Shown here in pieces: positions 23,563 through 37,189 of a DNA stretch of 64,000 nucleotides. Both the position numbers and the translations under genes were made by a program. Below the pieces are notes generated by a model. That model made no database searches. It was given only the letters and a program-made list of their open reading frames with translations, and had not been told where the DNA came from. Origin of the DNA: Lytechinus pictus. Lineage: Eukaryota. The DNA lies in NCBI RefSeq assembly GCF_037042905.1, contig NC_087245.1, positions 5,768,001 through 5,832,000 of the forward strand, written 5' to 3'. Numbering within the stretch: position 1 is the first letter of the stretch; the number at the start of each line of letters is the position of its first letter.

Positions 23563-26094
23563 GATTTGACTAGTTCTTCAAAGTGTACCTAGCATTTATA
23601 TAACCAAACCACCTTGCCCTAACTCACACCCACACTTACACACTCTCCCACACACATACAAGCATCCTAACACACAAAATATATACAAATGGCTTAATTA
23701 CAATTCATTTACTCCGCAATTAGGATTTTGCGATCAAATATGTTAGATAATTGTTGTTAGAAGTCAAACATCTTTAACACAACTAAGCGCAAAATAATTC
23801 ATAAATGCAATATGAAAATATGCCATGATATATGATATACATGTATGTGATACCAAGTAACAAAGCGCAGTTGAGTATATGCACATAGTAACTGCGCTAT
23901 ATAATTGGACTTACTATTATTATTATTATGATCTACTGAATCCGTAAAAATTACGTATTGAACAAGTCGGATGAAATATTTGATCACTGGAATCAAATAC
24001 CTCGTACAAAAATAGCGACATGAAATCATCTATGCATCCAGGAGCAAATACAGATTTCTTGGGGTTGGACACAGAGAGAACTTTCTAAGTTACTAGAAAT
24101 TTAACAGCAGGGCTTATCGATCAAAATCTTTTTACAATGCCTTTTAGGAAAAAAAAAGAAAGCTTCTTACTCATGGACATTTTTTTCATTTTCACACCCT
24201 AAATGGGAATACACCTTTGGGGTTGTGATGATAATACTTGAAATTTGTGTTGCACATAAATATTGGTAAAGACTCTTATTTGCTTTACAAATGTCAATAC
24301 ACCAAATTATATTATTTTTAGAATAAGTCATACAAAATAGAGAAAGTAACTTCAATACATAGAAACTACAAAATTAATTTAAAACATATCACTTCCATAC
24401 ATATTTACACGATTCATAACATTGTACTAAATTTGTGTATCACTTTTATAGGCCCCTGGTTTGCCCCCTCTTCTCAATTTACGCCTGAAAGAACAAACAA
24501 AACAAACAGGCCAAACAATATACATATATGCTTTGTTTGATACAAAATACTACATAGGCGTTCATAAAGTTGTTAATGTAACTTACATGTACATTGTTGG
24601 TCTGATTATAGTGTTTCAAATACAATAGCTCCGGGGATAACATTTCATGGCGTAGTGGTGGTGAAGGGATGATACGGGAAGTTTGTAATTTTCAAATTGT
24701 ATTTTATTCGTATATATGATTCTTGGATTAAAACGTTTCGACCTCCAGCTTTTTGATTAAACAATTAGCTGGACTCACATTGGAATAATAACTTGATATA
24801 AATACCTACATAATGGAGGCTTTCGGTGTCACGCCTGCTGCTCTCGCATATCTGGGCCACAAGTACTGACAAAACCCACTCTAGCTTCAAACCCTTTAGT
24901 CACCTTACTTAAAACGTATCACTATATACCAGTCCATAACGTTTTCACAACACCGGGACAGGATTCACCGCAAAAGGAGTTATCTTGAATCAAGGCTAAT
25001 CTTGCACTTTTTAAAACCAAGGATTGTGGTCCAGGATGATCCTTATGCGATACATTATATTTAATTGGGATACTGGCTTTAAAGAAAAAAAATTCTTCCA
25101 AAACAACCTCTATAGGAAGCAGCATAAATACTGCACAGATTGCATAGAATATATTGTTTATATAAATTATTAGTAGATTTCTTTAAAACACGGGCGTGTA
25201 CTGGTAAACGCCCATGACAAATGATTTCGCAAGATCTATACTGATTGAGTCAGAAATGAAAATTACACCTCAATAATCGACAATTTAAAGAAAACTCACG
25301 TCATAAACACAAACCTCAAAAACCTTTTGCAAATATCCTGAAAGAGTATATCTTGTCAGAAACAATTGGCATGGTTATATAGTGGATTTATTGCAAAAAA
25401 ATATATTTGTACAGCTAACATGGTAATTGTTTGATAAGCACTGTTCTCATTTAATGTAATTAAATAAACAGGTATTGTGCAATGATGTTTACTGCTATTC
25501 ATTTACGTTTATGACGTAATGGATATTTTGATTAATCATGTTCATTTCCGCCATGCCTAACTCTGACATGAATCAATTTGTAAATCACCCCAAAAAATAC
25601 GTTCCGAACATCAAATATACCACAAATAAGTGATATTAAACCGTTTGCACGATTTGGGAGGAGTTACTCTTTCATAAAATACAAAACTGCTATCTCATAT
25701 CAAACAATAAATTTATATATATACATATATATGTATGTATGTATATATATGTATATATATATATTAATGAGGCAAAGTGGTAATGCATTGTACTTTGTTC
25801 CAACAGTTTATTTTAAATTCCAAATTTTCGACGTTAAACATACGTCTTCCTCAGGGATACAATAAACTGAATATATATATATATATTCAGTTGATAATTT
25901 TATAACTTCAATATCAGTAAGTCCATAGAATGGATGTTCTATATATAAAGTTTTTGTTTATTTTGAGCAGTCATCTTTTCTTCAATCAATAATTTCATTA
26001 ACATTGGATTAAGTGGATGGGAAAATTAATGTAACACTTTTTGGAATGTACCTATCGCTATCCCACCATAATCTTACCACAGACTCTCTCTCTG

Positions 26095-26288
26095 GTGACA
26101 CGACATTTGTTCCTGCGACAATTGCTTCGGGATTAATATCGTCTGAGATATAGGGTTAGGGTTGCAATAGGGTTTTATCTTAGGTTTATAGGAGAGGGTA
26201 TAGTGTTAAACCCAGGGTTGAAGTTGGTCATTCGATAAGTGTATGGAATTTAGAGCGGAACAATATTGTCGCCGGAGCAAATGTCATT
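26095..26288. repeat. Short interspersed inverted-repeat element with internal TAGGGT motifs
   Basis: GACATTTGTTCCTGCGACAAT ... ATTGTCGCCGGAGCAAATGTC flanking TAGGGTTAGGGTT. Confidence 0.55.
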
Positions 26289-27119
26289 TTAAGCCTGATG
26301 ACTTTTACATGTATTTTATTTATTGTAATATTTTTCACCACTTTGTAGAGAGCTAGAAGGGCGTTATCACTATAGATTATCAATGGTATAGCGACCTCCT
26401 AGTTCTCAGCTGATGACATTTAAGAAAGCAAATCTTATTTGGAGTGACAAACATCAATGAGTTTTGGCTGAAAAAAGTCTACCGGCGTGTGAATGGGTTG
26501 TGAACTTTTGTAGATAAATACGGAAAGAGACTGGGATAGAAACCTCCATCAAATGAACAGCTAAAGAAATATCCAAATGTTATCCATGATCAACCGCCAT
26601 TTCTGTGAAAAAAATGATTGATAAAGGATGCATAATCTCTACTAGTACGCCTTAAACATTTTATAATTTCTCATCCTGAAAGCATGGAAAGTTTTATGTC
26701 TTTGCCCTGTTTGGCAAATGTTTTCTTATTTATCCTTCAAGGAAGGCAAGTCCCTTTGTCATGTTTGCGTTTAAAAATTGAATTTCAAATGACAGAGTTT
26801 TTGCAACCGCAACGCAGAACGCTTTCGGGAACATAGAGAATGTATTGTCAAATGCCCTTCATGACAAAGTCTTTGTCGACGGTTAGTGAATCGAAATAGT
26901 AAAAATAATCTGGACAAACGACATATTTTCAACTTTTCGTCAGCTCTGAAACGTATACTGCTGTTCCGATTAACCAATTTTCGACGAAGACCTCCAAGCT
27001 TATCTTATGATATGACTTGCATTTTCAATTCATTTTCAATGTTTTATTATCAGTTCCTCGTAGCGGTGCGAAAACTCCGTATTTTCTTGAAAACGAAAAA
27101 AAGGTACATTAATGGTACA

Positions 27120-27228
27120 TCAGATAAAGGCCTTCACACATCCCCTCCTCACCCCGTCAGTTACAGCGGTCGCTGTAGTAATGGACTCGAAATTTCGTGA
27201 ATTGTTCATCACATCTGTGCTTAGCATC
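27120..27228 (-). CDS. Probable terminal exon ([35 protein letters not shown])
   Basis: CAG acceptor, phase-2 compatible, TGA at 27120-27122; AATAAA on the minus strand at 27043-27048. Confidence 0.5.
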
Positions 27229-30200
27229 CTGTCCACAAATTTTCTACACCTTTAGTGTGTGTATACATGTATATATATCGGGTTCCTAATCAAAGAACTT
27301 CGATCGAACATACGGTCAGACTAGGACAAAAATATCTTGGTTTCGTCGAATGATCTCTAGAAACCCAGTTTTTTTTTTTCTTTTATCTTCAATTTTCTTG
27401 AAATTATATCCTTTTCCTGATTTTTTTTCTTTACCTTTCCTTATCACAAAAAGGGCGCGTTTCTATCCAAGTCCCGCAGAAAAGCAAGAATATGCCTTTA
27501 AAGTAGTCCCAGTGGGGCCAGTGAAGCGTCAAAGAAAAACATTGAATTACTATTTTTTTTATAAATGGTGATAAAGGTTTCGGTGATATCTTTCAACTTA
27601 CCCCACTTGCGTCTTGTTACGAACATTATCGAGTAAGCTTTGACAAGTCGATAATTGATCTTCACTTGCACAAAAATCGAATATATCACACGTAATGCCT
27701 GGCATTAAGGTATCTTGAATACAATCTGAAAGGCAAGTGAAAACAAATAAATATACAAAAAAACAGGGGGAAATGAAATATCATTAGCTCATAATTGTCG
27801 GTGAAGATGTAAGAATCCGGTTCCATGGCGATTTAGAAGCCTGGCTAGAGTATCTAAGTGCAAGCTGAATATGTCGATCTGAAAAGGGAACCTTTTAAGT
27901 TCTGTTTGACATGTACGGAACTTATTAAGTTGTTATGTTGGTAAAGTGTCTGCCTTTCGAACCAAAGGTCGCGGGTTCAAGTCCTCCCTGGGCGGATGAC
28001 TGAAACCTGCGTGGTGTGTAAACGTCTCTCCACTGTTCCATATAATCATGCAGGCTATGTTACAGTGGGGAAAACACTCCGTCCCTCGGATAGGACGTTA
28101 ATTGAGGCCCCGTGTAGAGGAGAGCCATCATCTTTGCACGTTAAGAACCCACATCACTATTCGTATAAGAGTAAGGGGAAACTCGGGTGTAGTGGTCCAC
28201 CTGCATTCCCCGATCAGTTATATCGGGAGGAGAGACCTGCGGGTCATATTGTTCAGTTCGTTTTTCGCCTCCCAAGCACAGGTGACGCCAAACAAATTAC
28301 TACTACTACAAATGATAATGATTATGATAACGTATTTCACTAAATGAGCAAGATGTGCGGGAAGCTCGATGTATGAGAAAAGTACTCATAAATATCGCCA
28401 CATATAATGACAGAAGCCACTGTTTAGTCACCTTAAACAGAAGATGCCGACAATATAGTTGGCACATGGATATATAGGGGGCTTGCCGTAAAAAGAAATT
28501 GTATTTCATTGACTGTTTAAAAGGACACCAAGACCAAAATACATTTCGCTTAAACTCAACCATTCGAGATGGACATTATTGCTATTATTATAATAATTAT
28601 TAGTACTATTATTTCTATTATTATTATCATCATCATCATTAGTGGTAGTATCATCATCATCCTCATCATCACTTATAGGGGGCCTATGGCCATTACTGTC
28701 ATTAATAACTTACAACAAATTGTATATTGTTATGTAACCAGATCAATATTACTCTGTTAGTGTTAAAATATTTAAGCGTCCACTGCAACACAATTTCACA
28801 ATGTCTAAATAAATAAAAAAATAATAAAAGAAAATGGGGCAGTGAAATTTAATTTTCACATTCTCCAGATATTCGTATATTCGCTGTTGTGACTGTATTA
28901 TGGAAATAGGTGAAAAACAAATAAGAAATCCAGTCGAACGAGTGACTAGCCACACTAAAATATGACTTGAAAAAAAACCCACAGCAATCACAAAACAAAA
29001 TTTTGACTATACCTAGAGTGAACATTCAAATAACTGGGCTGGTAATGCTATACCAACGTAACTGACATCAGACCGATGGGTCTGGAGTCAGTTGGTATGA
29101 CTTTCGCAACCGTTACTTACTTCTTCTCTGATCACAGTACTGCTTCATTTTATTATCCCAACAAAGACCAGCTGCTCCGCAAAAGAACTTGTCCTCGCTG
29201 CAAGCTGTAGCAAATGACAGAATGTGGAAGGATATTTCAGTATCGTAAGTTAAATCAAACCACTGATATATGGCGAGATTTTTTTATTTTTTTTTCATTA
29301 TTTTTCTTTTTTTGAGCATTGCAAGCAACACAAAACTGAAATATATCACACTTTATTGTTGATTGATTAAATGCCGTCAAACTCCATCGAAATCATTATT
29401 ACAGATAGATATTTATCCAACATTTTCTTGTGCAGAAAAAAATGTATACATATTTCAAAACAGACCATCTCTTATTAATGGGGAAGAGGGATTATCATCG
29501 AATGAAATTTCCAGTTCTGATACATTATGTCTACTCCAACATAAACTTGATTTAAATGAAAAAGAGAAAGATAAAACATACCTAATGCTGAAAATTCATC
29601 AAAGTCGGATGTCCAATTAGAAAATTACTACATTAAAATTTTCCTTTATTTTCAGAAATCAGTTATATGCACAACGTAATGAAGTGCAAATGGGATGATG
29701 TCACTCACTTATTGACTAGTTTGGTTGTCATTGTTTTGCACATTCGCCAATAAGGAGACTCTTCATTCCTCCTAAGTCCATGGTTGAACAAAGATAATTC
29801 AACATGTTTATGGAGGCAATTTAACATGTTCAATATTCTATGTCAACGTTGATATCTTTTTACTTTTTGCGTGGCAATACATTTTGAAAATTATGTACCG
29901 AATTGTTTGTTATGAGTAGAAAGTTCAAATATTTCGTATTTCTCATAATAGTGAGTGGCTGACGTCATCGGTTCCTTCATTTACTGAATCAGTGTGCGCA
30001 TATTGTTTGGGAAACTGTTTGTGAAAAGCAAAAATGTCAAAATATCATATTTTTCTAAATTTACAATTGATTTTTTGCTATCTACACAAATTAAATTTTT
30101 GTTGCGGTGGACTTGCACTTTTAAAGAGATAAATGCAGTTAAAATAATTGAAACAATAATACTAATAAGCTCGTTTCTTCGGCTTGTTATTTTAATATTA

Positions 30201-31113
30201 TTTTAAATTCTTACTGCAATTTTGCTCATCTTTTCCGTCATCACAGTCGAATACCTCATCACAAACATAGTGCCCATGTATACATCGGTTGTCACATGCA
30301 AACTGGTGTGATGCACAATCTGAGTGGAAATAATAGAAAACGAATAACAATAATAGTTAAGATGATACTTATTACTAATATTATAATTATAATCACGTAT
30401 ATTACAAGGAAAATACTGACACTTTTATTCTAACTTCCGCCATTTGCGTGATGAAGTTTAGGGTAGTTCCATACCGTTAAATCCACCGGCGCAGTTTGCT
30501 TTTAAAAATACCGTACGAGACTGAACGTAGCTAGTAGTAGTAGAAGCAGCAGCGGCAATAGTAAACAAAGCAATAGTAGAAATAATAATGATGGTGGAGT
30601 TGGTCATTGGTGATGGTGGTGCAACACTAGTATCATATATAAATTCTACAAATCAATAAATGATTTAGATGCAAAGACCATAATGCATGTACTTACCGCA
30701 TCCGTCTTCATCCTCTCCATTCTCACAATCTTTACGACCATCACAAAGCCACGAGTGCTGTATCCTTATTCCTTCTGGACATGCGTAGTGGGTCTCAGGG
30801 TTGTAGTCTAGTAAATGTAAAATATGATTTTTTTTTCACAATCAAAGAAACGATAAGAATGTTTTAAATAGCAAGTAAGCATTGAAGGAACAAAACCATA
30901 TGCTAGTATTAATTAAGTCAGACATTTGAAATATATATATTTTTATTTATATGGGCGATTTTAAGCAAAAGCGGACATTTTCCAAAAAATCGAATCGGCT
31001 CTAATTCAAATCTTGAAAACAATTTTCTATCAAACTTTTTTTTTCTTACGCATCTCTTTATAGGAGTATCCGAAACATACGAAAAAAATTATATACATGG
31101 GACTACAAATATG

Positions 31114-31146
<33 letters not shown>

Positions 31147-31189
31147 ATGTATATACATATATTTATATATATATATAAATAAATATATC

Positions 31190-31220
<31 letters not shown>

Positions 31221-34200
31221 TCACTTATTTCAATTTAAGAGAAAACTATCGTTTGTTTTGTAATTTTCAGTTGGATAATCTGGAGGTCATGATTTTAAAT
31301 CATATTAAAAACTGTAAAAGTGACAGAACCAAGTATTAGAAAAGGCACGTAAAAGTGTAATGCGACTGACCGTGGAATCGCCCATACATTAACAATGTTA
31401 CTTTGTAATAAAGGTGTCCCTGAAACAGCATAACAAATTATCATAACATAATCAAATTATAGAGTTGGCCTAGATCATTTTATCAGACCCTATGCTACCC
31501 CATGCTAAAATGTGGTAGGATTCTCAAATAAATGTTCATGAGTAGAAAGCTCATTTCATGATCTAACTTCTATAAAATTTCATTGGTCACGCTTCGGCGG
31601 TTTTAAATACACACTCTGTTACGTAACAGTGGTGCATTTTAGCCCATTCTAAGTTTTCAGCATTGATGCATTTCTGCATTGTCTATGGCATGTCAACCCC
31701 CACTTTTACATCCAGGATCTGAGCAGGGACATTTTCCTAATCATATCCAGGCTCATCAAAACATAAACAGAATGACAAGAAACATAAAAAAATAAGTTTG
31801 TTTGATGATTGACCAACTTGAAAGAAAATATGAATGATGGATGAGTGAAATAAACTGAAAAGAAGAGGAATCCACAAGTTAATCACCCTTTGCGAAAAGG
31901 AACTTTACCAGAGAAAAATTTGACTTTTTTTTTCTTTTAAAAAGTTGCATTGAATTAACTTGACCTCAGTAGCTCATCAACTATCCGTTCCCGTAGCAAA
32001 TGCGAAAACTCAATAGTGAATGGACAAATCGAAAACTCGATTGGTATTATATTTGTTATTGTTGCAAGTACTCACGACAAATATCGTTGCTCTCGTCTCG
32101 CATATTACTGCAGTCATAAAAGCCGTCACAAACAGCCGTTTCTGATACAAGCTGACCGTCCGAGCAGTTGAAATACGCTATAAGTACGCACACAAATAAA
32201 AATGCCAAACGGATTAAATCAATCATTTTGAATCATACTGGTATTGAACAAGTGACTCTTTGTGATGTCACACTTACCACCACTACAATTTTGTATTAGT
32301 ACTGTTACAATTATTATTATCATCATTATTATTATTATCGTAATCACACTTTCAACACGCCTATGTTCCATTTTACATGAATCGTTGAAGTTTGGGCCGT
32401 ACTTTCGGTATAAAAGTTAGGTGGATACTGGATATTGCCCACTTTCTCAAATCATGTATCATTAAGTAAACAAAAAACTCACTTCTTTACATATTATGAA
32501 TTACTAGTGATGTTACGGTACATCAGTCCCAGTCACTCACAGAATCTGATCCTTTTTATCACAGTCACCTCGATGAGACCCATAAATCTACTTACAACAA
32601 TCCCTTTCGTCGCTGCCATCACCACATGTGTCAATGCTGTCACATCGCAATTGATCCAAGATACAACGCCCGTTATCACACTGAAATTGGCGCTCTGTAC
32701 ATTCTTTATGGGGGGGGGGGTAGAACAGGAGTTAACTCGGCATCAGAAAAAGGAAATATCTTAGCTTAGAATATTCCATCATCTAAATAAGGCTTTCACA
32801 CTTCAATGATATTGATAACTATTGTCATTGATCAAAGAAAAATCGTAATTACCCTTTTTTGTCAAAACAACTGGATAACAAGAAAACATTTCGTAAACTT
32901 CCAAAAGAAAACATATACCACTCTTGCCATGGTTTTATGCTAAACATGTTTACATCATTTTATAAAACGGCTGCCATAGCTGAGGTATCTAAATAACAAG
33001 GGCGACATACCATAACCCTGTGGGAGCAGGTATCGGCGGATGCGATTGCAAGTTTGATATATACGAATTACACCAAGGAATACATAGCTTTGAATCATAG
33101 ACAAAACATCGATATTTATATATTTCATCGCCAGTTTGTGGGGAGACTACAAAATAAAGAATGATGTTTCTTGCGTAAGTATATTTTAACCTGAAACTGC
33201 CTCTACATCAGAAGACTTAAATAATAAGAATAATGGGATGTATGAGATGTGCGCAGTGCTTCTCTATGTAAATCAGCCTGATTATTGGTCTCTCTTCGTC
33301 TTATAAATTCCAACGAAATCGCATTAATCATCTTAATTTACGTAATTACCTTATATACACAGCTAGGGCTTATTAGTTTTAGGAGGTTTTTTGTTAGCCT
33401 TTTGTTGTTGAAAATGCTCAAAAATACTTGTTTTTGTTCTATGACTGAAAACAATTTATAACATTTTATTATTATGCGCTGCATAAATGGTATTTCATTA
33501 TCATTTTTATTAAACTTGACAGACTGGCTTCACGTAATCTTATGGTATATCACATAATACTCAAAGATTCTTTTGACATTCTTACCACATTCTGTTTCAT
33601 CCGACATGTCTAAACAATCCACAAATCCGTCACACATCCATTCCAGTGGAATCGATCCATTTCCATTTTTGCAGTCAAAATCAACTGAGGCAGGTCAAAG
33701 GAAAAATACATTATATTATTTCCTTTTCGTTTTGAAAAAATATTGATTTCATTATCTGTAAATCAGGACAAAAATATGAACCTTTCTAAGAACAACCCTC
33801 CTGATACAGCGTGACGTCACGTAATACTGTTAGACGGGGGAACATGTATTAAACTAACAATGTTGTACTCCGTAGCTTATATAGTTCCCATTTATCATTT
33901 TCACTTTCAGCTCCGGTCTGGGTCTTTGAATATCGGGGAATTCAGAGAAATTAGGGCAAAGTTGGCTCAGTCGGTAAAGCGTTAGCCTCTTGTCGAGGCC
34001 CTGTCGGCTGCTTTCCGAGCGAACATGGCTAAGTAAGGGATATAGCGAAGCAGAGCGCCGCGAGACAGGGCCTCTTGACATCTGAGCCGAATTTCACCGA
34101 CTTTATTTTGTTTTTTATTGTTTTTACCAATATTCCGACCAAGAACTGGTCGGTGAAAATCATCCAATGAGAGCGCGGGCCGCTATGACGTCATATTGAA

Positions 34201-37134
34201 TAATCATGAGTCATCTTGAATGGCGACCCGTGGATTCTTGACGAAGAGTGACGACAAAATATCAGAGAGCATTGAATATGCCTCTAAAATGCTGAATATT
34301 GACCGATTTAAGGATTTGCAAGTCGATGAAATTAAATCTGCACTGAAAAGACGAGAAGTTTTTGTAAATCTACCCACAGGATATGGAAAAAATGTAATCT
34401 TTCATGCGATTCCACTATGCGTCGATTATCGATCTCCGCTGTGCAGTGAGGGAATGCTTGAGTGGCGTTGCTTCCCCTTGACTCGAGTCTGACCAGCGGC
34501 TGACCAGTATCTCCCGGGAAGTTTCGGGGCGGTGATGGGTCTGTTACGGCCAGTACTAGTAGTAGCACTAGTAGTACCACTACTTGTAGCATTTTGCTGG
34601 TTATATCCCCTTTAGTGTCCCACAATCAAATGAATCCCCTGCAGAATAGTGGACTACTATAGTATTCCGAACCCCGGACGAAACAGCTTTGACATTTCAT
34701 TGGTTTACTAGGTGACCGGTAATATCATGACTCGACTCATGTATATTCATTAGGAAGACGTTCCTCATGAATATATAATTCAGCTCAGATGTCAAGAGGC
34801 CCTGGCTCGCGTCAGGCCTAATTCGCTTTGCCAATTAGGAAATCCCTCGCTTCGCTCGGGAAGCAGCCGCCAGGGCCTCGACAAGAGACTAGTAAAGCGT
34901 CTGCAGTAAAGCGTCTGCCTGTCGAACGGGTGGAACAAAGGTCGCTGGTTCGAGTTTATCCCGGACCGATGACTGAAGCCGACGTTGTGTGTAAACGCCT
35001 CTCCCTATTCAATAGATGCAGGATATGTTACAGGGAAAACACTCCGTCCCTCCGATAGGGCGTTGAATAGAGGCCCCGTGTCGAGCAGAATCATAAACCT
35101 TCTCACGTTACGAACTCATTGCACTCACCCCGGTGTAGTGGTCCACCTGCACTCTCACAATCAGTTTTATCGGGAGGAGAGACGTACGGGTCATGGTAAT
35201 TCAGTTCACGTTTCGCCTCCCAGGCACAGGTGACGCCAAACAAATAATAATAATAGTAATAAAACAATGTAACATTTTATTCCAGAATAAAATTCTATCC
35301 CTCTAAAATGTGCAATGTACATGTGTATATACCGTGCGTATAAAAAAACGGGACAGTTTTGAAAAGTCTATCAAAATTCTGTTTCAAATTATGATGTTTA
35401 TATTTTGTTGTTAATAGATGATCTGAAGTCTTATCTTTCAAATGCCATTAAAAATATCAGTTCATGCTTGAGCGAACATGGAACACTTTTGTGAGGGGCT
35501 GTACAAAGGCTTGCGCCAAATAGCAGAAAAGGAGAAATTACTGATCATCAGACTTCTTGCTTATCAGCAAACGACCTTTGACCCCATCATCCTCATGGAT
35601 ACACATGTAGTATTACCCAAGTATGCCAAGTATGAACATGATTATTGCAGAAATAAAGAAATCGGAGCAAGTTGAACAAAAACTTAAAAAAAGGATGGAC
35701 ATGACCACATATCATTTGACCTTCCGACCCCTAGACGACCTTTAACCTCATCATCCTCATGGACAGATATGTAAAATTATCCAATGATAATATTTACCAA
35801 GTATGAACATAATTGATGTAGAAATACAGAAATGAGAGCAAATTGAATACAAACTAGCAAGAAGTCTGATGATCAATATTTTCTAATTTTGTGGCGTTTG
35901 GCGCAAGCCTTTTTTTTAACCCCTCACAAAAACGTCTTGTGTTCGCTCAAGCATCAACGAAACTAATTTAAAAAGAAAAGCATTAGAAAGATAAGACATC
36001 AGAGCATATATTAATATAACAATATATAGACATCATAATTTAAAACAAAATTTTGATAGACTTTTCTAAACTGTCCCGTTTTTTATACGCACTGTATAAT
36101 ACAGCGCGTCCCAAAAAAAATGTCCCCCTGACACAGGATTGAATAAATTCTAAAATGTGGTAGTATTCTCAAATAAATGTTCGTGAGGAGAAAGCTCATT
36201 TTATGATCTAACTTCTATGAAAATTTCATTGGTCGTGCTTCAGCGGTTTTGAATACACACTCTGTTACGCAACAGTGATGCATTTCAGCCCATTCCAAGT
36301 TTGCAGCATTGATGCATATCTGCATTGTCTATGGCATGTTAACCCCCATTTTTACATCCTGGATCTGAGCAGGGACATTTCCCTTATCATACCCAGGCCC
36401 CTCAAATCATAAACTTGGGTATGTTCAGAAGAACAAGAAACAAAAAATAAGCTTGTTTGATGATTGATAAGGGGACTCAGTGCACCAACTTGAAAGAAAA
36501 TGTGAATTATGGATGAGTAAAATAAGCTGAAAAATAAAGGGGAATCCACAAGGTAATTACCCTTAGCGAAAAAAGAACTTTAACAGAGAAAAAAAATGAC
36601 TTTTTGTTTAAAAAAAGTTACATTGAATTAACTTGACCACAGTAGCTTATTTACTAAAAAGTAATACAAACAAAAATGCGGTATTAGGTATGAATTAGGC
36701 ATGAAACAAACATGACCCGTTGTCTTAATCATTGTGCATCTCCCGTTATCAAACATGAAATGAACTGTCAAATATTGTTTTTGCCCTTCTGAACATGCTC
36801 ATGGTTGTGATTTGATGAACCTGGTTTGATCATGGTGATTTCCCTGGTCAGATCAGATAATTCCTTGGTCAGAATGGTCAAAGGGGGTTGATATGCTAGA
36901 AAGTGCAGAACACACAGTAGTGCTGCATGCATGCAAACTTGGAATGGGCTGAAAAGCACCACTGTTACATAACAGACTGTGTATTCAAAACCACTGAAGC
37001 GAGACCAATGAAATTTTTTAATAGAAGTTAGAACAATAGACGAGCTTCCTAACTCCACACATTTCATTGAAAATAATTTTTATTTTTTTGAAGTAATTTA
37101 GCCGCATATAAGAGGGACATTCTTTTGGGTCGCG

Positions 37135-37189
<55 letters not shown>

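Noticed and set aside
26150..26220. Interstitial telomeric repeat
   Set aside because: Only about two TTAGGG-like units, inside a short inverted-repeat element.
27937..27995. tRNA-Arg gene
   Set aside because: The 5' acceptor stem is missing and the sequence continues into a body shared with a second copy plus a simple-repeat tail, so it is a SINE head.
28569..28760. Ile-rich hydrophobic ORF (also 39544..39777)
   Set aside because: Translation of ATT/ATC microsatellites.
34220..34492. Cellular RecQ helicase gene
   Set aside because: Only motif I is present, it is enclosed by TIRs and a TSD, and no further helicase exons are found.
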